Source: Macrostomum lignano (lineage: Eukaryota). From it: a stretch of 64,000 nt of DNA. The stretch lies in the NCBI GenBank assembly GCA_002269645.1, contig NIVC01001046.1, positions 310,001 to 374,000 of the forward strand, written 5' to 3'. Of this stretch, positions 37,858 to 51,085 are shown piece by piece. The notes beneath the pieces are model-generated. The model had not been told where the DNA came from and ran no database searches. It saw nothing but the letters and a program-made list of their open reading frames with translations. The translations under genes were made by a program, and so were the position numbers. The first letter of the stretch is position 1. Every line of letters starts with the position of its first letter.

Positions 37858-40800
37858 GACAGTCACGCAGACAGGCAGACAGACAGACAGACAGACGGAC
37901 AGTCAGGCAGAAAGACAGACAGACTAACAGACAGACAAAACAGACCTGCGACAGCTCAGCCAGCAGCTTCTCCCGCTCGGCCTCGCGGCCCCTGGCAGCC
38001 TGGTACAATTCGCGCAGTCCGGCCGCCTCCTCGGTCGCCTCTGCCGCCTGCCGCTTCAGCTGCTCCTCAGACTGCGCCTGCAGCCGCAGCGCCAGCCGGA
38101 ACTCATCCTCCAGCGCGCGGTACCGCTCGCCGGCCTCCGCCAGCCGTTCCTCGAGTCGGCGAATCGCCTGAGCCGCACATCGCCTCTCCCTGTCAGCCTC
38201 CTTAGCAACCAGAGATTCGAGCTCGGGACTGCCCATCCGGTAGCAGCCGGCCAGCTGGCGCTGGAAGTCCCGCTCCCGTTCCGCTAGCAGGTGCTCCGCC
38301 TGGCGCAGCGACTCCCCCAGGCGCTCCGCTTGGTCGCGCTGCGTCGCTGCTTCTACCTCGGCACGGGCGGCGCGCTTCTCGGCTTCGGCCGCCGACTGGG
38401 CGCGCCGACGCTCCTCACCGCTGGCGGCGCGGCGCAGGCGCTCCAAGCCGGCGCGCATCTCCTCGACGCGGCGCTCGGCCTCGACGCGCGCCGATTCCGC
38501 TGCGGCGCCGTCGGCCTCCGCTTTGGCGGCGCGAGCCTCAGCCGATTCGCGCATCTCGCGCTCGTCTGCCGCGGTCGACTTCAGCTTCTCGGCGGCGTCG
38601 ACGGCGGCGGCGCGAACGGCGGCGTCTTCGCGGCTCTGCGCCTGCAGCAGCTGGGCGTGCTCGGCGAGCCGGCGGCAGGCCGCTTCGCTTTTCCAGCGCC
38701 GCTCGCGTTCGAGGTCGAGCTCGCGAAGCAGCTCCTGGGTTGGTGGGAGGCGGGGGTTCGAGCGTTAGGATTTCTCCTGTTTGGGGATTCGGGCTTGAGG
38801 ATTTCTCCTGTTTGGGGATTCGGGCTTGAGGATTTCTCCTGTTTGGGGATTCGAGTTTGAGGATTTCTCCTGTTTGGGAATTTGAGTTTGAGGATTTCTC
38901 CTGTTTGGGAATTTAAGTTTGAGGATTTCTCCTGTTTGGGGATTCGAGTTTGAGGATTTCTACCGTTTGGGGATTCGAGTTTGAGGATTTCTACCGTTTG
39001 GGGATTCGAGTTTGAGGATTTCTCCTGTTTGGGGATTCGCGTTTGATGATTTCTCCTGTTTGGGGATTCGAGTTTGAGGATTTCTCCTGTTTGGGGATTC
39101 GAGCTCTGGGATTTCTTAGGTTCAAAGATAAAAGAGATTACTAGTGAAAAAAAGGCGAGGCTGTGGGATTTAGTATGCAGCTGTGATGATGGGGCAGCTG
39201 TAATGATGGGGCAGTTGTGATGCTGGGGCAGCTGTGATGCTAGGGCAGATGTGATGATGGGGCAGATGTGATGATGGGGCAGTTGTGATGCTGGGGCAGC
39301 TGTGATGCTAGGGCAGTTGTGATGCTGGGGCAGTTGTGATGCTGGGGCAGTTGTGATGCTGGGACAATGAACAAAGGATAGAAAAGCCATCGGAATAACC
39401 GGAGGCGATAAGAGCGCGAGCCAGCGGAATCCGGGGGGGGGCTCAGGTGTGAGTAATTACCGAGCACTCAAAGCCACAGGTGCGCGGGTTGCTAACGGAG
39501 GCTAATTCCGTCATCCCAGTAAGCCCGTATGCTTCTGTTTGGCCACAAAGGGTCCCTAAAATACACATCGGCTGGGAATTGAATCAGGAAGGGCGCGGAC
39601 GAGGATTCGGCTTCTCTCTAAAAATCCCCAATTAATTAACCGAAGCCAGAATTAGAGGGACGCAATTGACGGTTTTTGTCTAATTGGGAAAGAGCATAGA
39701 GTGAGGTCTGCGAATTTATTCAAAGTAGATATGGGGATAAATTTCATTCTCAGTTAATACGGTTAAACTGCAGTCTTGAAAAGGTCCGAAGCTACCTGTA
39801 TTCGGGTGAGAAATTGCGTGATGGGAAGTGATCTCGTTTGGCACGTCTCGGCGTCTCTGCCTTCATGAGTCTACCTCTCTAACTAACCTTCCCTTGCCTA
39901 CTTCTCTGACTACTTATTCCTATCAATTTCTCTGACTACCCATTCCAGTCTACTTCTCTGACTACCCCTTCCAGTCTACTTCTCTGACTAGCCCTTCCAG
40001 TCTACTTCTCTGACTAACTCACACTTCCTACTTCTCTGGTTACTTCTACGTGTCTACTTCTCTGACTTACCCCTTGCTATCTACTTCTCTGAATAACTCT
40101 ACCTGTTTACTTCTCGTCCTCTGTCTGTCTACACTTCTCTGACTACTCTTTTCTGCCTACTTCTCTGACTACCTTTCCTTATCTACGGCTCGCACTTCCA
40201 ACTACCTCCCTTGTCTGCTTCTTTGATTAATTCTACTTTTCTATTTCTCTGACTATCTATCAAGACTACCTTTTTGACTACTTCTCCCTATCTACCTCTC
40301 CTTACCCACCTCTGTCTACCCTTAATCTATTAAAAGGACAACTGAAGAAATCATTTTTCCGATATCAGGTAACAAACGAGCTTGGAATTGAAGCAGATAT
40401 TCTAAAAATATTCTAACAAAAGACCAATCGACGAAACTTTGAAACTTTTGTTCAACTTATCCACTCGAAAATAAAAGGGATAAGCTAAGCAAGCTGAGTG
40501 AGTGGCCCCCTAGTAGCTGAAAGCAACAATCATTGCCCTTGTTCTATAGAATGCGGCACAATAGCCACTGCGCAAGTGAATTCGACACGTCAAACAATAG
40601 ATAATTTACGCTGCCTTTGTCTGCGTAAAAGCCTGCGTCTAAAAATAAAACACAACTGCCATTCTCTACTGTGTGTAGCATGTGTGTGCCAGTCATTCCT
40701 TGTGTCTCACTATCCATGTGTGTGTGCCAGTCATTCCTTGTGTCTCACTATCCATGTGTGTGTGTGTGCCAGTCATTCCTTGTGTCTCACTATCCATGTG

Positions 40801-43800
40801 TGTGTGCCAGTCATTCCTTGTGTCTCACTATCCATGTGTGTGTGCCAGTCATTCCTTGTGTCTCACTATCCATGTGTGTGTGCCAGTCATTCCTTGTGTC
40901 TCACTATCCATGTGTGTGTGCCAGTCATTCCTTGTGTCTCACTATCCATGTGTGTGTGCCAGTCATTCCTTGTGTCTCACTATCCATGTGTGTGTGCCAG
41001 TCATTCCTTGTGTCTCACTATCCATGTGTGTGTGCCAGTCATTCCTTGTGTCTCACTATCCATGTGTGTGTGTGCCAGTCATTCCTTGTGTCTCACTATC
41101 CATCTGTGTGTGTGTGCCAGTCATTCCTTGTGTCTCACTATCCATGTGTGTGTGCCAGTCATTCCTTGTGTCTCACTATCCATGTGTGTGTGCCAGTCAT
41201 TCCTTGTGTCTCACTATCCATCTGTGTGTGTGCCAGTCATTCCTTGTGTCTCACTATCCATGTGTGTGTGCCAGTCATTCCTTGTGTCTCACTATCCATG
41301 TGTGTGTGCCAGTCATTCCTTGTGTCTCACTATCCATGTGTGTGTGTGCCAGTCATTCCTTGTGTCTCACTATCCATGTGTGTGTGCCAGTCATTCCTTG
41401 TGTCTCACTATCCATCTGTGTGTGTGCCAGTCATTCCTTGTGTCTCACTATCCATGTGTGTGTGCCAGTCATTCCTTGTGTCTCACTATCCATGTGTGTG
41501 TGCCAGTCATTCCTTGTGTCTCACTATCCATCTGTGTGTGTGCCAGTCATTCCTTGTGTCTCACTATCCATGTGTGTGTGCCAGTCATTCCTTGTGTCTC
41601 ACTATCCATGTGTGTGTGCCAGTCATTCCTTGTGTCTCACTATCCATCTGTGTGTGTGCCAGTCATTCCTTGTGTCTCACTATCCATGTGTGTGTGCCAG
41701 TCATTCCTTGTGTCTCACTATCCATGTGTGTGTGCCAGTCATTCCTTGTGTCTCACTATCCATGTGTGTGTGTGTGTGCCAGTCATTCCTTGTGTCTCAC
41801 TATCCATCTGTGTGTGTGTGCCAGTCATTCCTTGTGTCTCACTATCCATGTGTGTGTGTGTGCCAGTCATTCCTTGTGTCTCACTATCCATCTGTGTGTG
41901 TGTGCCAGTCATTCCTTGTGTCTCACTATCCATGTGTGTGTGCCAGTCATTCCTTGTGTCTCACTATCCATCTGTGTGTGTGTGTGCCAGTCATTCCTTG
42001 TGTCTCACTATCCATCTGTGTGTGTGTGCCAGTCATTCCTTGTGTCTCACTATCCATGTGTGTGTGCCAGTCATTCCTTGTGTCTCACTATCCATCTGTG
42101 TGTGTGTGCCAGTCATTCCTTGTGTCTCACTATCCATGTGTGTGTGCCAGTCATTCCTTGTGTCTCACTATCCATCTGTGTGTGTGTGTGCCAGTCATTC
42201 CTTGTGTCTCACTATCCATCTGTGTGTGTGTGCCAGTCATTCCTTGTGTCTCACTATCCATGTGTGTGTGTGTGTGCCAGTCATTCCTTGTGTCTCACTA
42301 TCCATGTGTGTGTGCCAGTCATTCCTTGTGTCTCACTATCCATCTGTGTGTGTGTGTGCCAGTCATTCCTTGTGTCTCACTATCCATCTGTGTGTGTGTG
42401 CCAGTCATTCCTTGTGTCTCACTATCCATGTGTGTGTGTGTGCCAGTCATTCCTTGTGTCTCACTATCCATCTGTGTGTGTGTGCCAGTCATTCCTTGTG
42501 TCTCACTATCCATGTGTGTGTGCCAGTCATTCCTTGTGTCTCACTATCCATCTGTGTGTGTGTGTGCCAGTCATTCCTTGTGTCTCACTATCCATCTGTG
42601 TGTGTGTGCCAGTCATTCCTTGTGTCTCACTATCCATGTGTGTGTGTGTGCCAGTCATTCCTTGTGTCTCACTATCCATGTGTGTGTGTGTGCCAGTCAT
42701 TCCTTGTGTCTCACTATCCATGTGTGTGTGTGTGTGCCAGTCATTCCTTGTGTCTCACTATCCATGTGTGTGTGCCAGTCATTCCTTGTGTCTCACTATC
42801 CATCTGTGTGTGTGTGTGCCAGTCATTCCTTGTGTCTCACTATCCATGTGTGTGTGCCAGTCATTCCTTGTGTCTCACTATCCATGTGTGTGTGCCAGTC
42901 ATTCCTTGTGTCTCACTATCCATGTGTGTGTGTGTGCCAGTCATTCCTTGTGTCTCACTATCCATGTGTGTGTGTGCCAGTCATTCCTTGTGTCTCACTA
43001 TCCATGTGTGTGTGCCAGTCATTCCTTGTGTCTCACTATCCATGTGTGTGTGTGCCTCTCCACGTCTGTCTGTCTCACTATGTGTCTGCCTCTCCGTGTG
43101 TGTCCACGTCTGTCTGTCTCTCTTTGTGTCTGCCTCTCCGTGTGTGTCCACGTCTGTCTGTCTCACTATGTGTCTGCCTCTCCGTGTGTGTCCACGTCTG
43201 TCTGTCTCTCTATGTGTCTGCCTCTCCGTGTGTGTCCACGTCTGTCTGTCTCACTATGTGTCTGCCTCTCCGTGTGTGTCCACGTCTGTCTGTCTCTCTA
43301 TGTGTCTGCCTCTCCGTGTGTGTCCACGTCTGTCTGTCTCTCTATGTGTCTGCCTCTCCGTGTGTGTCCACGTCTGTCTGTCTCTCTATGTGTCTGCCTC
43401 TCCGTGTGTGTCCACGTCTGTCTGTCTCTCTATGTGTCTGCCTCTCCGTGTGTGTCCACATCTGTCTGTCTCTCTACGTGTCTGCCTCTCCGTGTGTGTC
43501 CACGTCTGTCTGTCTCTCTATGTGTCTGCCTCTCCGTGTGTGTCCACGTCTGTCTGTCTCTCTATGTGTCTGCCTCTCCGTGTGTGTCTCCCTCTCCATG
43601 TGTGTCTGCCTTTCTATGTGTCTGCCTCTCCATTTGTGTCTTCCTCTCCATGTGTGTCTGTTTCTCATTGAGCCTGCTCTACTGGGTCTGTCTTAGCTCT
43701 GGTGAAATTATAAATTCCAGGTGACAGAAAGCGAAAAACGCCCATCAAAAGTACAATAAGCACTGTTATTAAGGGCACTCACACCGTAGGTGAGACTTTC

Positions 43801-46800
43801 GCCTCTCTTTTGAGCAGCAGCCGGCTGGCCTGTCACGGCCAGATTGACGGCTCCGGCCGTTGCTGACGCTGTGGCTGCTCCGCTACCGCTCGATCCGCCT
43901 TTGTCGTCCTTCTTTGTCGCGGAGTCCCCCTGCGGCTGGCGGCTGGAGTGAGGAGTTTAACGATTTTTGCTTGACAGATGATGCTTAACGTCCTTCAGCT
44001 GGCGCCAAATCCTATCCTAATCCCTTCGGTCCTTCAGATGGCGCCAAATCTAATCCTAATCTCTTCGGTCCTTTAGATGGCGTTAAATCCTATCCTAATC
44101 CCTTCAGTCCTTCGGATGGCGTTAAATCCTATCCTAATCCCTTCAGTCCTTCGGATGGCGTTAAATCCTATCCTAATCCCTTCAGTCCTTCGGATGGCGC
44201 CAAATCCTATCCTAATCCCTTCAGTTTTTGGGATGGCGCCAAATCCTATCCTAATCCCTTCAGTTTTTCGGATGGCGCCAAATCCTATCCTAATCCCTTC
44301 AGTCCTTCGGATGGCGCTAAATTCTATCCTAATCCCTTAAGTCCTCCAGATAGCGCTAAATCCTATCCTAATCCCTTCAGTCCTTCAGATAGCGCCAAAT
44401 CCTATCCTAATCCCTTCGGTTTTTCGGATGGCGCCAAATCCTATCCTAATCTCTTCAGTCCTTCGGATGGCGCCAAATTCTAAACCCTATGGTTCTTCGG
44501 ATGGCGCCAAATCCTATGCTAATTCCTTCAGTCCTTCAGATGGCGCCAAATCCTATCCTAATCCCTTCAGTCCTTCGGATGGCGCCAAATCCTATCCTAA
44601 TCCCTTCAGTCCTTCGGATGGCGCCAAATCCTATCCTAATCCCTTCAGTCCTTCAGATAGCGCCAAATCCTATCCTACTCCCTTCAGTCCTTCGGATGGC
44701 GCCAAATCCTATCCTAATCCCTTCAGTCCTTCAGATGGCGCCAAATCCTATCCTAATCCCTTCAGTTTTTCGGATGGCGCCAAATTCTATCCTAATCCCT
44801 TCAGTCCTTCGGATGGCGCCAAATCCTATCCTAATCCCTTCAGTCCTTCAGATGGCGCCAAATCCTATCCTAATCCCTTCAGTCCTTCGGATGGCGCCAA
44901 ATCCTATCCTAATCCCTTCAGTCCTTCGGATGGCGCCAAGTCTCACACGACTCGGCCCTTCAGTGAGTTTCCAAAATTTTCTTTTCCGTAAGACATATAT
45001 AAATGGAATTCTCCCAAGGAATTGGCCGGGCTACTTAATTAGGAGATTAATAATACTAGTAGGAAAAAGGAGGAATGAGTGGGAGGTTCCTGTGTTCCTG
45101 TTCATGAATTCTGCTAGGACTGCAGCTTTGACCGAAAGCAAAGGAAAATGTCTACATTAATAAGTGGGCATTTACACCCATATTAGTAGCAGACAAGCAA
45201 TCAGCGCCCCCAACGGGGGGCCAACAAAGAATGGAATAATTTTTTTTGAATAAACTGCATGTAGATTCTGATCCTAGCCTTGACATCTAAAAATCCCGCC
45301 CCCACTAAGCCTTAACATCTCAGCTATTCTTCCTATAAGCCCCGACACCTCAGAAATTCCTTTCGTAAGCCTTGAAATCCCAGAAATTCCCCCAGTGAGC
45401 CTTGAAATCTTAGTAATTCTCCCCAAGAGTCACAGCATAGTTTCACGTGACGCTTTTTTCTGTTTTATATGACGCTTCTTTTATGCCTTTATGAAGCTTT
45501 TTTATTTTTACATGACGTTTCTTTTATGTCTGCATGACGTTTCTTTTATGTCTACATGACGCTTCATCTATATCTGACATGACGCTTCTTTTATGTCTGA
45601 CATGACGTTTCTTTTATGTCTGACATGACGTTTCTTTTATGTCTGACATGACGTTTCTTTTATGTCTACATAAAGCTTTTTTTATTTTTTACATGACGTT
45701 TCTTTTATGTCTGACATGACGTTTCTTTTATGCCTGACATGACGTTTCTTTTATGTCTACATGACGCTTCATCTATGTCTGACATGACGCTTCTTTTATG
45801 TCTGACATGACGTTTCTTTTATGTCTGACATGACGTTTCTTTTATGTCTGACATGACGTTTCTTTTATGTCTACATAAAGCTTTTTTTATTTTTTACATG
45901 ACGTTTCTTTTATGTCTACATGACGCTTCATCTATGTCTGACATGACGCTTCTTTTATGTCTGACATGACGTTTCTTTTATGTCTGAGATGACGTTTCTT
46001 TTATGTCTACATGACTCTTCATCTATATCTGACATGACGCTTCTTTTATGTATGACATGACGTTTCTTTTATGTCTGACATGACGTTTCTTTTATGTCTA
46101 CATAAAGCTTCTTTTATGTTTGACATGACGTTTCTTTTATGTCTACATGACGATTCATCTATGTCTGACATGACGCTTCTTTTATGTCTGACATGACGTT
46201 TCTTTTATGTCTGAGATGACGTTTCTTTTATGTCTGACATGACGCTTCTTTTATGTCTGACATGACGTTTCTTTTATGTCTGACATGACGTTTCTTTTAT
46301 GTCTGACATGACGTTTCTTTTATGTCTACATAAAGCTTTTTTTATTTTTACATGACGTTTCTTTTATGTCTGACATGACGTTTCTTTTATGTCTGACATG
46401 ACGTTTCTTTTATGTCTACATAAAGCTTTTTTTATTTTTTACATGACGTTTCTTTTATGTCTACATGACGCTTCATCTATGTCTGACATGACGCTTCTTT
46501 TATGTCTGACATGACGTTTCTTTTATGTCTGAGATGACGTTTCTTTTATGTCTGACATGACGCTTCTTTTATGTCTGACATGACGTTTCTTTTATGTCTG
46601 ACATGACGTTTCTTTTATGTCTGACATGACGTTTCTTTTATGTCTACATAAAGCTTTTTTTATTTTTACATGACGTTTCTTTTATGTCTACATGACGCTT
46701 CATCTATGTCTGACATGACGCTTCTTTTATGTCTGACATGACGCTTCTTACATCATATTGTTCTTACACCTGTCTTGAGTAAAGCAAAGACAGGCAAAAG

Positions 46801-47786
46801 TTATAGATTCGATTTTGTGAGTGGCCCACATTAATTTAGGGCTTGTGCATGAAAATTATTGCCTATGAAGGCCAGCCCCTAATGACAATATCAAGGCTGC
46901 TGTGTCGGGCTTTCTGATTGGCTGGACAAAATCAGGCCCTGTAGGGCAACACGGAGAGACATTGTCGCAGAGCAAACGCATAGGTATAACATCGTTAGTG
47001 TCTATCCATTCCCAGACTTACAAATAAGTCTTAGTTACCATCGCTATTCAATATCCAAATTCTAAAATAAACAAAATAGCATCCACTATAAAAGTTTCAG
47101 GAGCAGCAATGCAGTACGATTGGAATGGCACAGTGCAGGAGCAGCAACAGCTAGTCAGACTGCAGCTCCATCTGTGGGGCTATGTCGGCACCGGTCTCAG
47201 TCTATTAGGCATGGCCGGCAATGCTCTTAGCATTCGAGTTCTCTGCTCACGCAGAATGTATTCGTCTACTGCGCTGTACCTGGCGGCGCAAGGCTTCTTA
47301 GACATTATTGTGCTGCTATTGTTCGACATCTGCATGGGTCTGCCGCTTGTGTCGGCTGTGTTTGCCCGCCTAGCCAGGCCCGACTCGCTGCTGATCGGCA
47401 TACTCTACCCGCTGTCCCTGTTCATTCACATGTGCGGCATGTACGTCACAGCCTGCTTCACTGTGGAACGCTGCCTCTCAGCAAAATTCCCACTTCGCTC
47501 CACTAGCGCCTGCAGCCGCAGACGAGCTCGGAGACGCCTAATGGCCATCTTTCTGTTCTCTTTAATCTACAATGCGCCTCGAGGCTTCGAACGAATGCCA
47601 TTCGGGAATGAGACTGAGAACAATTCGAGGAACGGCACTTGGACTCTGATTGACAATTGGTGGTATCGCGGTATCTACAGCGGCGCAATGTACTCGCTAT
47701 TTATGTACGTGCTACCTCTAACTCTAATCACTGTGTCTAATGCTGTTCTTGTTCACACTGTACGGAAGTCAACTCGCAGGACTACT

Positions 47787-47862
<76 letters not shown>

Positions 47863-50800
47863 TGATGCCCAGTAGCCCAAGGGGACCCAGCAGGCAATCA
47901 AGCCAACAGTTGAAACGGCTGGAACGGGACCGCAGCATCAGCAGGATGCTTGCCGGAGTGGTTGTTGTGTTCGTCCTCTGCCAGACCTTCGCTCTAGTGG
48001 ACAATTTGGCGGCAGTGGTGCTGCAGACTCCGCCTAACCCGTTGGCGCACTGGCAGCAAGCGTTTTACATCGTCGCCCAGTTTATGATTGTCCTCAATTC
48101 GTCAGTAAATTTCATTCTCTATTGCTTTTTTGGCCAAAGATTTCGGAGGGAATTGCAATTGACTCTGTGCGCCGGCGGTGGCGGAGTCGGTGGACAGCAG
48201 AATGCCGGACGTCAAGCCGGAAGCAACATAGCTTTGCAGAATATGAACGGAAGTCGAACGCCCAGCCAGTTGCACGGCAGTGCCAGCCCGTTATGGAGCA
48301 GTCCTAGTCCGCAGCACGGCTGCGCCAGTCTGCTGGCCAGTCCCGAACCAAACCGATCAAAGCTTGCCCGAGCTGTCTCAAGCAGGCGAGAGCAGCGAAA
48401 TTGGCTGATGGCCGAACAGGAGCCAATGCAGATTGATGATTCGCCTCCGGCGTCAATTTGACTTTCTGATGCTTTGCTAGGCTTTTGTACTATATTATAT
48501 TCATTCTCATAGCAGAGTTCCCCTGTCTTTGTTCGCTTAGCAGTGTATCTCAATGCTACCTCACAAGAGTCTTTGTTGTTCGCTTAGCAGTGTCTCTCAA
48601 TGCTACCCCACAACAGTCTTTGTTGTTCTCTTAGCAGTGTCTCCCAATGCTACCCCACAACAGTCTTTGTTGTTCTCTTAGCAGTGTCTCTCAATGCTAC
48701 CCCACAACAGTCTTTGTTGTTCTCTTAGCAGTGTCTCCCAATGCTACCCCACAACAGTCTTTCTTGTTCTCTTAGCAGTGTCTCCCAATGCTACCCCACA
48801 ACAGGTCTTTGTTGTTCGCTTAGCAGTGTCTCTCAATGCTACCCCACAACAGTCTTTGTTATTCGCTTAGCAGTGTCTCCCAATGCTACCCCACAACAGT
48901 CTTTGTTGTTCGCTATCCCAGATTTCACAAGTCTTTGTTTACGCAACAGACTACAATTATTATCTTTGTGATTAAAAAACGCAGGTTTATTTTAATCTGA
49001 AATAAGAATACCTTAATTTAGCACGCTAGAACCTGCCTCGCCGCCTACGAGCACTTACTTAGCTTACGGCCACTCCATCCTGATGCTGGAATTTCTTTAT
49101 ACCATACTTTCTGCTTGTTTTTTTCTTTCACCACTCAGTTTCTGTTCGTGACTTTTCCAGACTTTTCCTGGCAAAAATTTTGAGCACAACTCCTAAACCA
49201 AATTGTTGTGATAATTGTCTCAATTTTGAGTCGAGACTGACATCCATTCTTTATTACATCCGCATAGAAAAAATACACGTGAATAGCACTGAAAAAATGG
49301 TAAATTTCTGGAAAGATAAAGTTCAAATCGCTAGCAAACATGTACATCTAAATCGGATAGAGGGCATCAAAGATTGAACTCACTGTTTTGTACTTTTTTG
49401 CTGCCCTCTGGCCGACTTCGCTTCAACTTGCTTGTTGTCCTCTTCTGCGAGAATTTGAGGAGAGGGAAAGGATTAAGGGGAGAAGGGAAGGATTAATCAG
49501 ATTTGGAAGGAATGAGAAGAGAGAGAACAATTACGGAGAAAGGGAGGAATAATGAGGGAAGTATCAAGGGGATTAAGTAATGATTAAGGGGAAAGAAGGA
49601 TTAAGGAGATTAAGGAAGGATTAAGCAGTGGGAATCGAGAATCAGGAAATATCGGTGTAGAAAAGGTGACGCAGAGCAAGATATCTAATCTGGCCTAAAA
49701 GTTGCACAAAAGGCTTCAAGACAGGAGATAAAATATTCGAGTGGGGGGTGTCGGTGCAAACTTGGCAGACCAGGTTTGCGAAGTTTAAGGGGCTAGGGGA
49801 GCTAGACAAGAGGGTAGCGGGATAACAGCTCGTGTGGAAGATTTACAGGCACGGGATTAGAGGCCTTTAGCTTTTCTATCTAATGGCTACTGTGAAAGGG
49901 CTAGTGTTAATTGCTTAGTGCTAATAGGCTAATGCTAATGGACTAATGCCGATGGACTAATGCTACTGGAAAAATGCTAATGGACTAATGCTTCTGTAAA
50001 AATGCTAATGGACTAATGCTACTGGAAAAATGCTAATGGACTAATGATACTGTAAAAATGCTAATGGACTAATGCTACTTGAAAAATGCTAATGGACTAA
50101 TGCTACTTGAAAAATGCTAATGGACTAATTCTACTGGACTAATGCTAATAGACTAATGCTAATGGACTAACGCTACTGTAAAAATGCTAATGGACTAATG
50201 CTAATGGAGTAATGCTAATGGACTAACGCTAATGGACTAATGCTACTGGAAAATGCTAAAGGACTAATGCTAATGGACTAGTGCTAATGGACTAATGCTG
50301 ATGGACTAATGCTACTGGAAAATGCTAAAGGACTAATGCTAATGGACTAGTGCTAATGGACTAATGCTGATAGGCTACCAAAAATCATCAGGAGCAAATA
50401 TTCACCCTGCTCAGCCCTCGACGCCGCGCCGCCCTCTGCCAGCTGCTCAAGCCGCCGCTCCAGCTGCTCCAGCCGCTCTCGATAAGCCTTCTCACCGTCG
50501 GCTTTGCCGGCCTCGTCACCTTCGCCGCTCCGACGCTCGTCAGCATCGGCTCCGTGATTGTCGTCGACACCATCGTCGTCCAAATCGCCAGCCGGCCTCC
50601 GACTGCGGAACCGCTTGTAGGCTGCGTCAATCTTCGGAGTCGGCAGCCTTCTCGACTTTGACTCATCTTCGTTGCCGCCTCCTCCAGCGTCGGTGGCGGC
50701 CGACGAGGAGCCGAGGAATTCCAGGAATTCTTCCAGTCCGGGCACGTCGGCAAGAACCTCGACGGCCGCTCGATCGCCCTGACGGTCCAGCTGGTCAAGC

Positions 50801-51036
50801 GAGTCGAGCTGCGGCAGGCCGGCAAGCAGCTGGCGCCGGTAGTCCCGCTGCCGACACGCCGGGTTGTCCGCCGACGCCAGGCTGAGCGTCAGGTGGCGCA
50901 GGTTGCGGCACTGCCTGAGCGACTTCGTCAGCTGCGACACCGCGCGAATCTGCCGCCGTTTGGGGAGCTGCTACGGTTCACTGAATTGACTGTGTCTGTC
51001 TGTCTGCCTGCCTGCCTGCCTGCCTGCCTGCCTATG

Positions 51037-51085
<49 letters not shown>

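Noticed and set aside
40675-43055. CRISPR-like look (constant ~29-bp repeat with variable intervening sequence)
   Set aside because: The intervening parts are only (TG)n of varying length, not unique spacers. The context is eukaryotic and there are no cas genes.
40498-43724. Three ~1000-aa ORFs rich in C/V/S/H/L
   Set aside because: They are translations of a stop-free minisatellite in all three frames, inside an LRRCC1 intron.
44077-45160. ORFs with repeated [13 protein letters not shown] / [13 protein letters not shown]
   Set aside because: They derive from a 39-bp minisatellite whose unit length is divisible by three. No splice context or homology supports coding.
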